A stretch of DNA of 64,000 bases from Bryobacterales bacterium (GTDB lineage Bacteria; Acidobacteriota; Terriglobia; Bryobacterales; Bryobacteraceae). Positions 54,555 to 63,997 of the stretch are shown here, piece by piece. The DNA lies in the NCBI GenBank assembly GCA_963843255.1, contig CAWJJQ010000002.1, forward strand, positions 78,000-141,999, written 5' to 3'. The first letter of the stretch is position 1, and each line of letters opens with the position of its first letter. Made by a program: the position numbers and the translations under genes. The notes beneath the pieces are model-generated. The model made no database searches. It worked only from the letters and a program-made list of their open reading frames with translations, and was not told the origin of the DNA.

Positions 54555-57056
54555 TTACTCGCAGCGCAGGGCGTCCGTGGCGTCTACCCGCACGGCCCGC
54601 CGGGTAGGAACCAGGCACGCAACGATCGCCACCACCGTCAGTAACAAGGTGACGCCGGCGAAAGTTACCGGGTCGGTGGCCTTCACTTCCCAGAGTTCCG
54701 AGGAAATGTATCGGGTCAACGTCATCGCGCCTGCCAGTCCCAGTGCCACTCCGCACGCAATCACGCCCAGTGCCTGGCGCAGAATCAGCCGCAAAATATC
54801 CCGGCCGTTCGCGCCCAACGCCATCCGGATACCGATTTCCCGCCTGCGTTGTTCCACGGCGTACGCCATCACGCCATAGATTCCCACTGCGGCGAGACCC
54901 GTCGCGATAGCCGCGAACAACCCCAACAGCATCGAGTAATAGCGCGGATACTGAGCCTGATCGGCGAGGTACGAATCTTCGGTACGGGGGTCGATCAGCG
55001 GACGGTCACGGTCGATCTCTGCCACCGCCTGCCGCACCGCCGGCAACGCTTTCATCGGATCGCCGTCGGTACGCAGCAGGAAAGTCATGTGCAGAAGCAG
55101 CACCGTGTTTGGGCCGCTGATGTGCGGACCTCCTTGCAGAAACGAGGTGAAGATGGCCGGCTCCTGCCTGGTCTGAGGATGACTCGCCGGAATATCGTCG
55201 ACCACCGCTATAATCTCGCGCGCCGGATCCTCGGCCGACAAATCCACGCGAATCTGTTTGCCGATCGGGTTTTCGTTTGGGAAGTACCTCCGCGCCATGG
55301 TTTGATTAATGATTGCCACCCACGGCGCGCCGGCGGTATCACGATAGGTGAAATCGCGCCCGCGCAGCATGCGAATCTTCATGGTGGCGAAGAAGTTGGG
55401 GGTGACCGGGAAGAAGTCCGCGGTCTGGTCGTCGGTGTTGGACACCGGCCGTCCCGCAATCGTGAACGTCAACGGATTGTTACCAGTCAGTGGCGGAAAC
55501 GTGGCGCCCGCAAAGGAGCGCACTCCGGGCACCGAGCGCAGCCGTTCCAAAACGCGCGTGAACGTGGCCACGGGTGTCGGGTAGATTTCCCACAACGGCA
55601 ATTCCTGATAGATGCCTAACGGCTTACCGAAATCCTTCTCCGGGAAGCTACAACGGAAAGTCAGCAAGCCGTGCGGATCGCAGCCCAGGTTTGCGCCCTG
55701 GAGTTGCAGAAAGCTGCGAATCAGCAGACCCGATCCGATCAATAACATTAAGGCCAACGCCAGTTGCCCGGCCACCAGTACCGCGCGCAGGCGGTTCCGG
55801 GATGGGTGTGCGGTTCCCCCGCGCGTCGCCTCTTTAAGCGATTCGACGAGAGCCCCGCGCGATCCGCGTGCCGCCGGAACGACGCCAAAAATCAAGCCGG
55901 TGAGCAGCGAAATAGCCGCGCTGAACAACAGCACGCGCCCGTCCAGTGCGATTGCATGCAGCCGCGGTAGCCACGCGGGCGCCATGGCGACCAGCACGCG
56001 CACACCGGCCCATGCCAGCCCCACGCCAAGAATCCCGCCGCAGCCGGCCAGTAACAGGCTTTCGGTTACGAATTGACGAAAGAGGCGGCCCCGGCCCGCG
56101 CCCATCGCCGCGCGAATCGCTACTTCCGTCTGGCGCGACGATGCGCGCGCCAGCAGCAGCGCCGCGACGTTCGCGCACGCGATCAGCAACACGAATCCCA
56201 CCGCGCCTTGCAACAGCAACAGCGGCCGGCTGATAAATCCGTAGAGCGCCTCGCGGATCGGTTGCACCCGCACTGTCCAGGGCTTCCCATGATCCATGTC
56301 GCGCTGCGGAAACTGCCTGGCAACCTGCGCGCAGATGGCTTCCAGTTCGCCCTGCGCCTGCCGCAGCGTCACGCCCGGCTTCAGTTTGGCCGCCACCGTC
56401 AGGAAGCGTGCCGACCCGCGAAGCTGAAAATGATTCACCGGAAGAGGCGCCAGGAACTCGCCCTTCTCATCGGTGAACCGGAAATCGGCCGGCATCACCC
56501 CGATCACCGAGGTGGGCAAGCCGCCCACCATGATCTTGCGGCCCAAAATGTCTTTCGCGCCGCCAAATCGCCTCATCCACAGCCGGTGGCTCAGGACGAT
56601 GACAGGCGCGGGATGATCCACCTCGTCCTCCAGCTCGGTGAAGAGCCGCCCCATCAACGGTTGCGCGCCGAGCGCCTGCAGCAGGCCGGGCGTCGCCTTC
56701 TCGCCCTGAACCTGTTCGGCCGGAACCCCGTTCTCTTCCGCCCCCAGATCCACGGCGCTATTTGAAAGTCCGCCAATGGCTTCAAAGGAGCGCGAGTGCT
56801 CCTTCCAAGCGAAGAAATCAGGGATGGATACGTTGCTGAGCTGATCGGAATGTTGGGGCGCGATGCTGAAGATCCCCACCAGGCGGTCCGCGTCTCGATA
56901 AGGTAGCGACCCCAGCAGAATCGTGTTTATCAGCGTGAACATGGTCGTGTTCAGGCCGATTCCAAGTGCCAGCGATAAGACCGCCACCAGCGTAATCACG
57001 GGCTTCTTCGCCATCATGCGCAGACCGTACCAAACGTCTTGCGATAGTGTGTTCAA
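54555..57056 (-). CDS. ADOP-family duplicated MacB/FtsX-type ABC permease
   Basis: 833 aa. 'LRMMAKKPVITLVAVLSLALGIGLNTTMFTLIN' followed by two MacB-periplasmic/FtsX halves ('EVAIRAAMGAGRGRL', 'EIGIRMALGANGRDI'). Confidence 0.9.
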   Translation of the reverse strand: MNTLSQDVWYGLRMMAKKPVITLVAVLSLALGIGLNTTMFTLINTILLGSLPYRDADRLVGIFSIAPQHSDQLSNVSIPDFFAWKEHSRSFEAIGGLSNSAVDLGAEENGVPAEQVQGEKATPGLLQALGAQPLMGRLFTELEDEVDHPAPVIVLSHRLWMRRFGGAKDILGRKIMVGGLPTSVIGVMPADFRFTDEKGEFLAPLPVNHFQLRGSARFLTVAAKLKPGVTLRQAQGELEAICAQVARQFPQRDMDHGKPWTVRVQPIREALYGFISRPLLLLQGAVGFVLLIACANVAALLLARASSRQTEVAIRAAMGAGRGRLFRQFVTESLLLAGCGGILGVGLAWAGVRVLVAMAPAWLPRLHAIALDGRVLLFSAAISLLTGLIFGVVPAARGSRGALVESLKEATRGGTAHPSRNRLRAVLVAGQLALALMLLIGSGLLIRSFLQLQGANLGCDPHGLLTFRCSFPEKDFGKPLGIYQELPLWEIYPTPVATFTRVLERLRSVPGVRSFAGATFPPLTGNNPLTFTIAGRPVSNTDDQTADFFPVTPNFFATMKIRMLRGRDFTYRDTAGAPWVAIINQTMARRYFPNENPIGKQIRVDLSAEDPAREIIAVVDDIPASHPQTRQEPAIFTSFLQGGPHISGPNTVLLLHMTFLLRTDGDPMKALPAVRQAVAEIDRDRPLIDPRTEDSYLADQAQYPRYYSMLLGLFAAIATGLAAVGIYGVMAYAVEQRRREIGIRMALGANGRDILRLILRQALGVIACGVALGLAGAMTLTRYISSELWEVKATDPVTFAGVTLLLTVVAIVACLVPTRRAVRVDATDALRCE

Positions 57057-57318
57057 TTGCGTGCCTGCTTCCTAAGGAACGCGCAAAATCGCCCACGGCC
57101 GCGCCGCCATTATTCCCTGAACTCCTATCCTTGGCGGTGCGGACACAGCGTCCCTTTGCGCTTTATTCGTGCTTAGACGGAGTTCCGCACGAATCGTTTT
57201 CGTAGGTGGTTTGGCAACTCGTGAGGCGAATTTCGGAGCTGAATCTCAAAACGCCCCTCATAAGAGTCCTTTGCATACCCTCAAAAGGGGGGTTTATATA
57301 GGGATAGCCCTCACGGTA

Positions 57319-57357
57319 AACCTAGGCTTATACCGATAACCTAGGGATTATACCTAG
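57319..57357. repeat. tandem direct repeat AACCTAGG-N1-2-TTATACC (x2, plus a partial third CCTAG)
   Basis: Copies at 57319-57334 and 57338-57354, with a partial copy at 57353-57357. Period is about 19 nt, about 30 nt upstream of a small ORF. Confidence 0.5.
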
Positions 57358-57385
57358 CGACATTTAAGGAGCCAGCCCAACGCCA

Positions 57386-57556
57386 ATGTCTCCACAGCGC
57401 TCGTTTTCCCCCCCAAACGTAGAACTGTTGAAGCTCCATCATCGCCGCAGCGAACTCGATAAGGCCATTCGCCTTCTCGAAGAAATCAGGCTGATTCGTC
57501 TGCGCCGCGCGCCCGAGGTGGCGGCAATCATCTCCAAGGTCCGGCGGGTCGCCTGA
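57386..57556 (+). CDS. small coiled-coil ORF below the track length cut-off (56 aa)
   Basis: Manual translation: MSPQRSFSPPNVELLKLHHRRSELDKAIRLLEEIRLIRLRRAPEVAAIISKVRRVA*. GC3-rich codons. AAGGAG at 57366-57371 is 14 nt upstream, which is long. Confidence 0.3.
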   Translation: MSPQRSFSPPNVELLKLHHRRSELDKAIRLLEEIRLIRLRRAPEVAAIISKVRRVA

Positions 57557-57647
57557 GAACCCGCCTCTCGGCATTCGTGCAAGTTTCCTCCATTCCAATC
57601 CGGTAGCAGAACTGCGTTATTTTGGATAAGCGAGGATTGCTTAAACG

Positions 57648-58547
57648 ATGACAGCAGCCGAACACCGTGGAATGGGCCTTGAAGGCAAAAATGTAGTCGT
57701 ACTCGGCGTAGCCGACGAATCCAGTTTGGCATGGGCTATTGCCAAGCGCTTCGCCGAGCATGGCGCGCATGTCTTCATCGGCTACCAGCAGAAGTTCTTC
57801 AGCCGGGTGCGGTTACTGCTGCGCGACAATCCGACCGTGCAAGGCGACCGCTGCGACATCACAAACGACGAAGAGATCACCAATTTCTTCGCCCGGTTCC
57901 AGAATAATCCGATCGATGTTCTGGTGCATGCCATCGCGTTCGCGCCCAATGAGTTGTTCACCGAGCCGGCCTCCAATTGCAGCGTGGAGGGATTTTGCCA
58001 GAGCCTCACCGTCTCCGCCCACTCGCTATGCAAGGCCGTGAAGTTCGCCAAACCTCATCTGCGGGAATGGGGCAGCGTGATCACGCTCACCTACCAGGCA
58101 TCCGAAAAAGCCGAGGCTTCCTACGGTCTGATGGGCGTCTCCAAGTCGGCGTTGGAGAGCGCGGTCCGTTACCTGGCGCTGGAACTCGGCCGCACCAAGG
58201 TGCGCGTGAACGCCCTTTCGCCTGGACCGATCGAGACCGTGGCTGCCACCGGAATCATGGGTGCGTTCCTCCGGAATCCTGCTGCGCTCGAACAGCAGCG
58301 GGCGCGCGCCTTCCAGAAAGCGATCGAAATGGCGCGCGCGGAAAACCATCCCGATCCTTTGGCGGTGGCCAGCGCTGCGTGGAAGCACTTCCAGAATATC
58401 GCGGCAGAGCGATGCGCCATCGAGGAAACCGTTTCGAAGGAAGATGTCGCGGACTCGGCCCTGTTCCTGGGCAGCGACTACTCGCGCAAGATCACCGGCC
58501 AGATCCTGCACATCGATTGCGGTCTTTCCACGGCCAACGCTGTCTGA
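57648..58547 (+). CDS. fabI: enoyl-ACP reductase FabI-like SDR with a ~40-aa insertion
   Basis: Collinear with E. coli FabI: 'GKNVVVLGVADESSLAWAIAK', 'VHAIAFAP', 'YGLMGVSKSALES' (Y-x6-K), 'VRVNALSPGPIETVAATGI', 'HIDCG'. Start is ATG 57648 or ATG 57672. Confidence 0.75.
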   Translation: MTAAEHRGMGLEGKNVVVLGVADESSLAWAIAKRFAEHGAHVFIGYQQKFFSRVRLLLRDNPTVQGDRCDITNDEEITNFFARFQNNPIDVLVHAIAFAPNELFTEPASNCSVEGFCQSLTVSAHSLCKAVKFAKPHLREWGSVITLTYQASEKAEASYGLMGVSKSALESAVRYLALELGRTKVRVNALSPGPIETVAATGIMGAFLRNPAALEQQRARAFQKAIEMARAENHPDPLAVASAAWKHFQNIAAERCAIEETVSKEDVADSALFLGSDYSRKITGQILHIDCGLSTANAV

Positions 58548-58585
58548 CGGATAAAATCCAAATCGTCCCTTTCCGGCCGCGCCAC

Positions 58586-58993
58586 ATGGAACGCATCCTG
58601 TGGATCGAGCGCGCCAGCTTCGGCAGACAGGCCTGGCCGCGACGGCTGTTCCTGGAGCTATACGAAGATTGCCCGGAGCTTTTCATCGCCGCTAAATGGC
58701 ATGGCCGCATTGCCGGCTATGCGGCTACCGCGGTAGAGAAGCGTAACGCCGAAATCGTGTCGCTCGCCGTGCATCCGGATTATCGCCGGCAGGGTGTGGC
58801 CCAGGCGCTGATGCGTTTTACGCTGCGCGCGGTGGCGCGTTCCGGCGCGCGGCGCATCGAGTTAATGGTACGCCCTGAAAATCTGGCGGGCGGGCGATTG
58901 TACCGCTCATTCGGGTTCCGCCGCGTGCGCCTGGTCCGCCGTTATTACGAAGACGGGGGCGATGGCGTCCTCATGGCGCGGGCGATACAATGA
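58586..58993 (+). CDS. GNAT family N-acetyltransferase (RimI-like)
   Basis: 'AEIVSLAVHPDYRRQGVAQALM...RIELMVRPENLAGGRLYRSFGF'. The true start may be a non-ATG codon slightly upstream. Confidence 0.8.
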   Translation: MERILWIERASFGRQAWPRRLFLELYEDCPELFIAAKWHGRIAGYAATAVEKRNAEIVSLAVHPDYRRQGVAQALMRFTLRAVARSGARRIELMVRPENLAGGRLYRSFGFRRVRLVRRYYEDGGDGVLMARAIQ

Positions 58994-59000
58994 ACAACTG

Positions 59001-59414
59001 ATGGCGGACAAGGAACATTTCGAACTTTTGATGCACGATGTGGACGAGTGGAATAAATGGCGTGCTGAAAATCCGAAAATAAAGCCGGATCTTTCTTATG
59101 CGGTGATGCGCGGCGCGGATCTCACCTTGGCGAACCTGGCCCACGCCCGGATGTACGAAGCCGACCTGGTGCTGGCCAACCTGCGCGGCGCGGATCTTCG
59201 GCATGCCGACCTGAGCGGCGCAAACCTGGTGGGCGCTCGCCTGATGGGAGTGGATCTGTCGCATGCCAATATTTGCCGCGCGGATCTGTCCACGGCCGAG
59301 GATCTCACCGAGGAACAATTGCAACACACTCACGGTGACGGTGAAACCAGGCTGCCGGACGCGGTCCATACACCTGAGAATTGGCCCAAGAAGGGCCGCG
59401 TTGCAGCGCGGTAA
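59001..59414 (+). CDS. pentapeptide repeat protein
   Basis: 'GADLTLANLAHARMYEADLVLANLRGADLRHADLSGANLVGARLMGVDLSHANICRADLS'. Confidence 0.88.
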   Translation: MADKEHFELLMHDVDEWNKWRAENPKIKPDLSYAVMRGADLTLANLAHARMYEADLVLANLRGADLRHADLSGANLVGARLMGVDLSHANICRADLSTAEDLTEEQLQHTHGDGETRLPDAVHTPENWPKKGRVAAR

Positions 59415-60706
59415 TTAAGCCGCCAGCCGCGCGCGCAGCCACCCGGTCAATTCCGCGAGCGGCACCAGTGTCTGTTCGCCGGTGGCCATCTGCTTCACCA
59501 CCGCGGCGCCGTCCCGCAGCTCGTTCGGCGCCAGGAATACCGTGAAACGGGCGCCGCGTTTGTCCGCATAGCTGAAGAACTTCGCGGGCTTGCCGGCGGC
59601 GAACGCCAGGTCGGTCTGGATGCCGGCGGCGATCAGTTGCGCCGCGACCCGCGCCGAATCCGCGCTCAAGGCCGCGTCGAACATGCCCACGCAGACATCA
59701 ACTGTCTGGTCTTCGGCGGCGTGAGCCCCTTCAATTCCGCCAGGATCTCCCCGATCACCACGTCGCCGAAACCCATGCCCACGGCGGGCCTGGCGGCACC
59801 GGTCATATCGCCGAACAGGTTGTCGTACCGGCCGCCGCCGAAGATCGCCCGGAAACGGCGTTCAGCGTCGAACCCTTCGAACACAGTGCCCGTGTAATAG
59901 GAGAGTCCGCGCACGATCCCGGAGTCGAAGCGCAGATAATCGGCGAATCCCATGGCGTCCGCCAGGTCTAGCAACTGGCGCACATCGGCTGCGGCGGGAC
60001 TAGCGGCCAGCGGTCCGGAGGAAAGGTTATCGACCCCTTCGCTGCCCAGCAGGTTCACGATCTCGCCCGCTGCCGGCGCAGCCATTCCCTTTTCCACCAG
60101 CATCTCGATCAGCGTCTCGGGCGGCACCTTGCCCTTCTTATCGAGCACCATGAAAACATCCACGTGGCGATCCGGCGGCACGCCCATTTCGCCCAACAGG
60201 TAGGCCACCACTTGACGATTGTTGACGTGGATGCGCACTTCATCCGGCCCCAGCCCGAGCGCTCCCAGTGCGCTGGTGACGGTGGCCAGAATCCAGGCTT
60301 CCGCAACAACCGACGGCTCGCCCACCACGTCCAGGTTCCACTGGAAGTGCTCGCGCTTGCGGCCGCGGGTCATGCGCTCGTAGCGGAAACACTGGCCGAT
60401 CGTCCACCATTTGGCCGGAAAAACGATGCTCTGCGCGCGCGCGCTGATCATGCGAACCAGCGACGGCGTCACCTCCGGACGCAGCGCCAACTGGCGGTTG
60501 GATTTGTCCTCGAAATGATAGATCTGCTGCGCCACTTCCTCGCCGGCTTTGCGCGCCAACAGCTCGAACGATTCGACAACTGGAGGCTCGAAGCGCCGGA
60601 AACCGTGGCGGTTGGACGCCTCCGTCCAGGCGTTGAAGATGCGATCGCGCAGGTCCAGGTCTTCGGGGTAAAAGTCGCGCATGCCGCGCGGCGGGTCGAG
60701 TTGCAT
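59415..60706 (-). pseudogene. hisS: histidine--tRNA ligase HisS, frame broken near 59695-59712 (likely assembly indel)
   Basis: ORF 59666..60706 has 'GMRDFYPED', 'LRPEVTPS', 'FRYERMTRGRKREHFQ', 'GGGRYDNL', 'GMGFGDVVI'. The anticodon-binding domain continues in another frame (59415..59690 and upstream: 'QTVDVCVGMFD...AAQLIAAGIQTDL...VFLAPNELRDGAAVVKQMATGEQ'). Confidence 0.88.
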
Positions 60707-60735
60707 GATGTAACTTTCAGTTTAAGCCGGAAGCG

Positions 60736-60765
60736 TTGACTGGCTCTTGACTCCCTCACTATACT
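60736..60765 (+). promoter_or_regulatory. candidate sigma70-type promoter abutting the ADOP permease start codon
   Basis: TTGACT (60736-60741), 18-nt spacer, TATACT (60760-60765). ATG 60776 is only 10 nt past the -10 box, with no SD. Confidence 0.35.
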
Positions 60766-60775
60766 AGTTTATTCT

Positions 60776-63436
60776 ATGCCTAGTTACTCTATGGAAAGAT
60801 TCAAGCAGCGGCTTACCCGGCGAAAGATTCTGGGCGACCTTTCGGATGAGATTAAACAACATATTGCGGAGAAAACCGAGGCGCTCATTGCCGGCGGCAT
60901 GCGCCGCGAGGAGGCCAAGGCCGCCGCGATCCGCGAGTTCGGCAATCCCACCGCGATCGAAGAAAACGGCCGGGATGTCTGGCGCTGGCCCGTCATCGAC
61001 GCCGTGTCGGGAGATGTGAAGTTCGCGCTGCGCCAGATCCGCAAGAATTCCGGCTTCGCGCTCACCGCCATTTTGACGCTGGGGCTGGGCATCGGCGCCA
61101 CCACTGCCATTTTCAGCCTGGTGAACGCGGTATTGCTGCGGCCCCTGCCGTTTCCCCAACAGGATCGCTTGATGTGGCTGAGGCAGCAGGACCCGACGCT
61201 GCCGGGCGGGATACCGGAATCTCTGAGTTACCCGGACTATTTTGACTGGAGGGCCCAGAACCACACGTTTACGGGTATCGCGTCTTATCGAGGCGTCACG
61301 GCCATCCTTGAATCGGGAGGCGAACCGCAACATCTGGACGCGATGCTGGTATCGGCAAACCTATTCGCGGTACTCGGTGTCGCGCCGGCGATCGGCAGAG
61401 ATTTTCGACCGGAGGACGAGAAGCCCGGCAACCGCACCGTGATGTTGAGCTACGCACTCTGGCAATCGGCCTTTGGCTCGGCGAACGACATCGCCGGGCG
61501 GACCATCCAACTGGGCGACCACGCATACGCCATCGCGGGTGTTATGCCGCGGGATTTTAGATTTCCCATGGAAAATCCGCCGCCGGCCATATGGATTTCG
61601 CTTTCCGACGATGCGGATGGAAAAGACCCTGCAACCAGCCAGCGCGGCTTCGACTGCCTGGACCTGATCGGGCGGTTGAGGCCCGGGGTGACACCGGAGC
61701 AGGCCAAGGCGGATCTTAGCTTGATCGCGTCCAATCTGGCGCGGCAGTATCCCGACAGCAACAAGCGATACACTTCCGCTCTGGTCGAGGCCGAACTTGA
61801 ACACATCACCGGTGACGCAAAGCCGGCGCTACGGCTGCTGTTCGGCGCGGTCGGCCTGCTATTGCTGATCGCCTGCTCCAATGTTGCGGGTTTGCTGCTG
61901 GCCCGTGGCTCGCGGCGAAGCGCGGAGTTCGCGCTGCGCGCCTCCATCGGCGCCAGCCGTACCGCGATTGTCCGCCAGTTACTCGTGGAATCGGTAGCTC
62001 TATCCATCTGCGGTGGAGTGGCCGGTGTGGCGATGGCCCATGGCCTGCTGCGCGGGATCGTCTCGTTGATGCCGCTCGACATTCCGCGCCTGGGAGGTGC
62101 GGCAATCGATGGCAAAGCGCTCGTCTTTGTGCTGGTTCTGTCCGTCGTGACCGGGCTGTTATTCGGCGTGCTCCCGGCCTGGCGGATATCGGATCTGCGG
62201 CCGGCGCAAGCCATGCGCGACGGATCCAGAACCGTGACTGGGGCCCGCCACAAGCGTCGCGTCCACAGCGCTTTGGTGGTTGCTCAGACAGCCGTTGGAT
62301 TGGTCCTGCTGGTGAGTTCCGGATTGCTGATTCGCAGTTTCATCCGCATCATGAACGTGGATCCCGGGTTCGATCCCAAGCATGTCTTGACGGCCAGGCT
62401 GGCGGTATCGTTCGACAAACTCGGCCACGATCAGCATTTCCAGTTTTACGACCGGGTGCTGGCGCGGCTTTCTGCCGTGCCGGGAGTCCAATCCGCCTCA
62501 GCCGGCTGGCCGTTGCCAATGAGTGACAGCCATATATCCATTTCGTTCAGCATCGAGGGACGGCCGGTCGCCCAGGGAGACGAGCCGAGCGAACCGGTGG
62601 GGGTAGTCATGCCCGGGTACTTCGCGGCCATGCGCATTCCCCTGGTGTCCGGCCGGGCATTTGGAGAGCAGGACGGAACCAGGGGATTGCCGGTTATGGT
62701 CATCAATCAGGCTTTCGCGCGCAAGTACTTCCCTAATGAGACTCCTGTTGGCAGGCACATCCGGGCAAATTTGGGCGACGGCTCAATCGATCATCCGATG
62801 CGCGAAGTCATAGGCGTGGTAGGAGACATCAAGATCGCGGGGTTGACCGCCGCTGTGGAACCGCAATACTACCTGCCTTACTCACAGGCAATCATCACGA
62901 ACCCATTTCTCACGGTTCGGACCACTGGCGATCCCGAACTCCTCGAAGGTGCTCTTCGAGTTGTCGTTCACGAGATCGACAAGAGTGTGCCGGTTTATCA
63001 GGTTTCGAAATTGGAAGACTACATCTCGAAATCGGCGGCACGGCCCCGGTTTCAGACATTCCTGCTGACCTGCTTCGCCGGGATTGCGCTGCTGCTGGCG
63101 GCGGTCGGCTTGTACGGTCTGCTTTCGTATATGGTCGCCGAGCGCACGCTGGAGATCGGCGTCCGGATGGCGTTGGGCGCGAAGAAAGCGGACATCTTGC
63201 GCATGATTGTCCGGCACGGCTTGACACTCACGCTGATCGGACTAGGGGCAGGTTTGCTGATCTCCGCGATGATGACGCGCCTGCTGGCTGGATTGCTGTA
63301 TGACATTCAGCCCTCCGACGCCGTCACCTTTGCTGCCACGACAGCCATTCTGTTCCTGGTGAGCCTGGCGGCCAGCAGCATTCCGGCGTACCGCGCCGCG
63401 CAACTCGATCCCACCGAGGCGCTGCGCGAGCCATAG
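60776..63436 (+). CDS. ADOP-family duplicated MacB/FtsX-type ABC permease with N-terminal permease-prefix domain
   Basis: Prefix 'LSDEIKQHIAEKTEALIAGGMRREEAKAAAIREFGN', then 'LRQIRKNSGFALTAILTLGLGIGATTAIFSLVN' and two FtsX halves ('EFALRASIGASRTAI', 'EIGVRMALGAKKADI'). Confidence 0.9.
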   Translation: MPSYSMERFKQRLTRRKILGDLSDEIKQHIAEKTEALIAGGMRREEAKAAAIREFGNPTAIEENGRDVWRWPVIDAVSGDVKFALRQIRKNSGFALTAILTLGLGIGATTAIFSLVNAVLLRPLPFPQQDRLMWLRQQDPTLPGGIPESLSYPDYFDWRAQNHTFTGIASYRGVTAILESGGEPQHLDAMLVSANLFAVLGVAPAIGRDFRPEDEKPGNRTVMLSYALWQSAFGSANDIAGRTIQLGDHAYAIAGVMPRDFRFPMENPPPAIWISLSDDADGKDPATSQRGFDCLDLIGRLRPGVTPEQAKADLSLIASNLARQYPDSNKRYTSALVEAELEHITGDAKPALRLLFGAVGLLLLIACSNVAGLLLARGSRRSAEFALRASIGASRTAIVRQLLVESVALSICGGVAGVAMAHGLLRGIVSLMPLDIPRLGGAAIDGKALVFVLVLSVVTGLLFGVLPAWRISDLRPAQAMRDGSRTVTGARHKRRVHSALVVAQTAVGLVLLVSSGLLIRSFIRIMNVDPGFDPKHVLTARLAVSFDKLGHDQHFQFYDRVLARLSAVPGVQSASAGWPLPMSDSHISISFSIEGRPVAQGDEPSEPVGVVMPGYFAAMRIPLVSGRAFGEQDGTRGLPVMVINQAFARKYFPNETPVGRHIRANLGDGSIDHPMREVIGVVGDIKIAGLTAAVEPQYYLPYSQAIITNPFLTVRTTGDPELLEGALRVVVHEIDKSVPVYQVSKLEDYISKSAARPRFQTFLLTCFAGIALLLAAVGLYGLLSYMVAERTLEIGVRMALGAKKADILRMIVRHGLTLTLIGLGAGLLISAMMTRLLAGLLYDIQPSDAVTFAATTAILFLVSLAASSIPAYRAAQLDPTEALREP

Positions 63437-63583
63437 CCTTTACATGGGTAAAACAGGACTACTCAGGAAACTAAGATCTCATAGCCTTAAAACATGACAG
63501 CCTTTCCAGAGACGCTACACAAGTAATCGCCAACTTCCAGTATCCCCAGAAAGAAGGAAGTGAACCAATCGCAATGGCTCGGA

Positions 63584-63997
63584 CTAGGGATATGGGGGCG
63601 CGGAGAAGAAGCGCGTAAATCGCGGAGCCACCGTCTGTCGCACGTGGTTGTATATACCTGCCACTTCTTCCCTCCTAACTTCGAGCGGCGTATCGGTAGG
63701 AGAATCGAGCGGATCTCCAAATATAAGCGCGGGTAAATTTGGTTCGAATACCACGGCGTCCTTGCAGGCGATCGGCCAACGAATTTCAAGGCCATAGTCG
63801 AGGTCGTGCCGGGTAAATCCATCGGGCTCGATGTAGATTTGCGCTGCGGTCGCGCGGCCGACAGGGGTTCGGTGCTTATCGAGATTGCTGAGTGCATTAA
63901 GCTTCCAAAGGGGATCGTCCCGGTAGGCTGCCCCGCGTTGGTACGGCTGAAGCTCTTTGATCGCTGCGACCGCCTCACAGGGCATCTCCCAAACCAT
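63584..63997 (-). CDS. hypothetical protein (5' end may lie beyond the window)
   Basis: 137-aa ORF reaching within 3 nt of the window end. 'LQPYQRGAAYRDDPLWKLNALSNLDKHR' looks like a conserved motif, but I cannot place the family. The region is visibly less GC-rich. Confidence 0.5.
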   Translation of the reverse strand: MVWEMPCEAVAAIKELQPYQRGAAYRDDPLWKLNALSNLDKHRTPVGRATAAQIYIEPDGFTRHDLDYGLEIRWPIACKDAVVFEPNLPALIFGDPLDSPTDTPLEVRREEVAGIYNHVRQTVAPRFTRFFSAPPYP

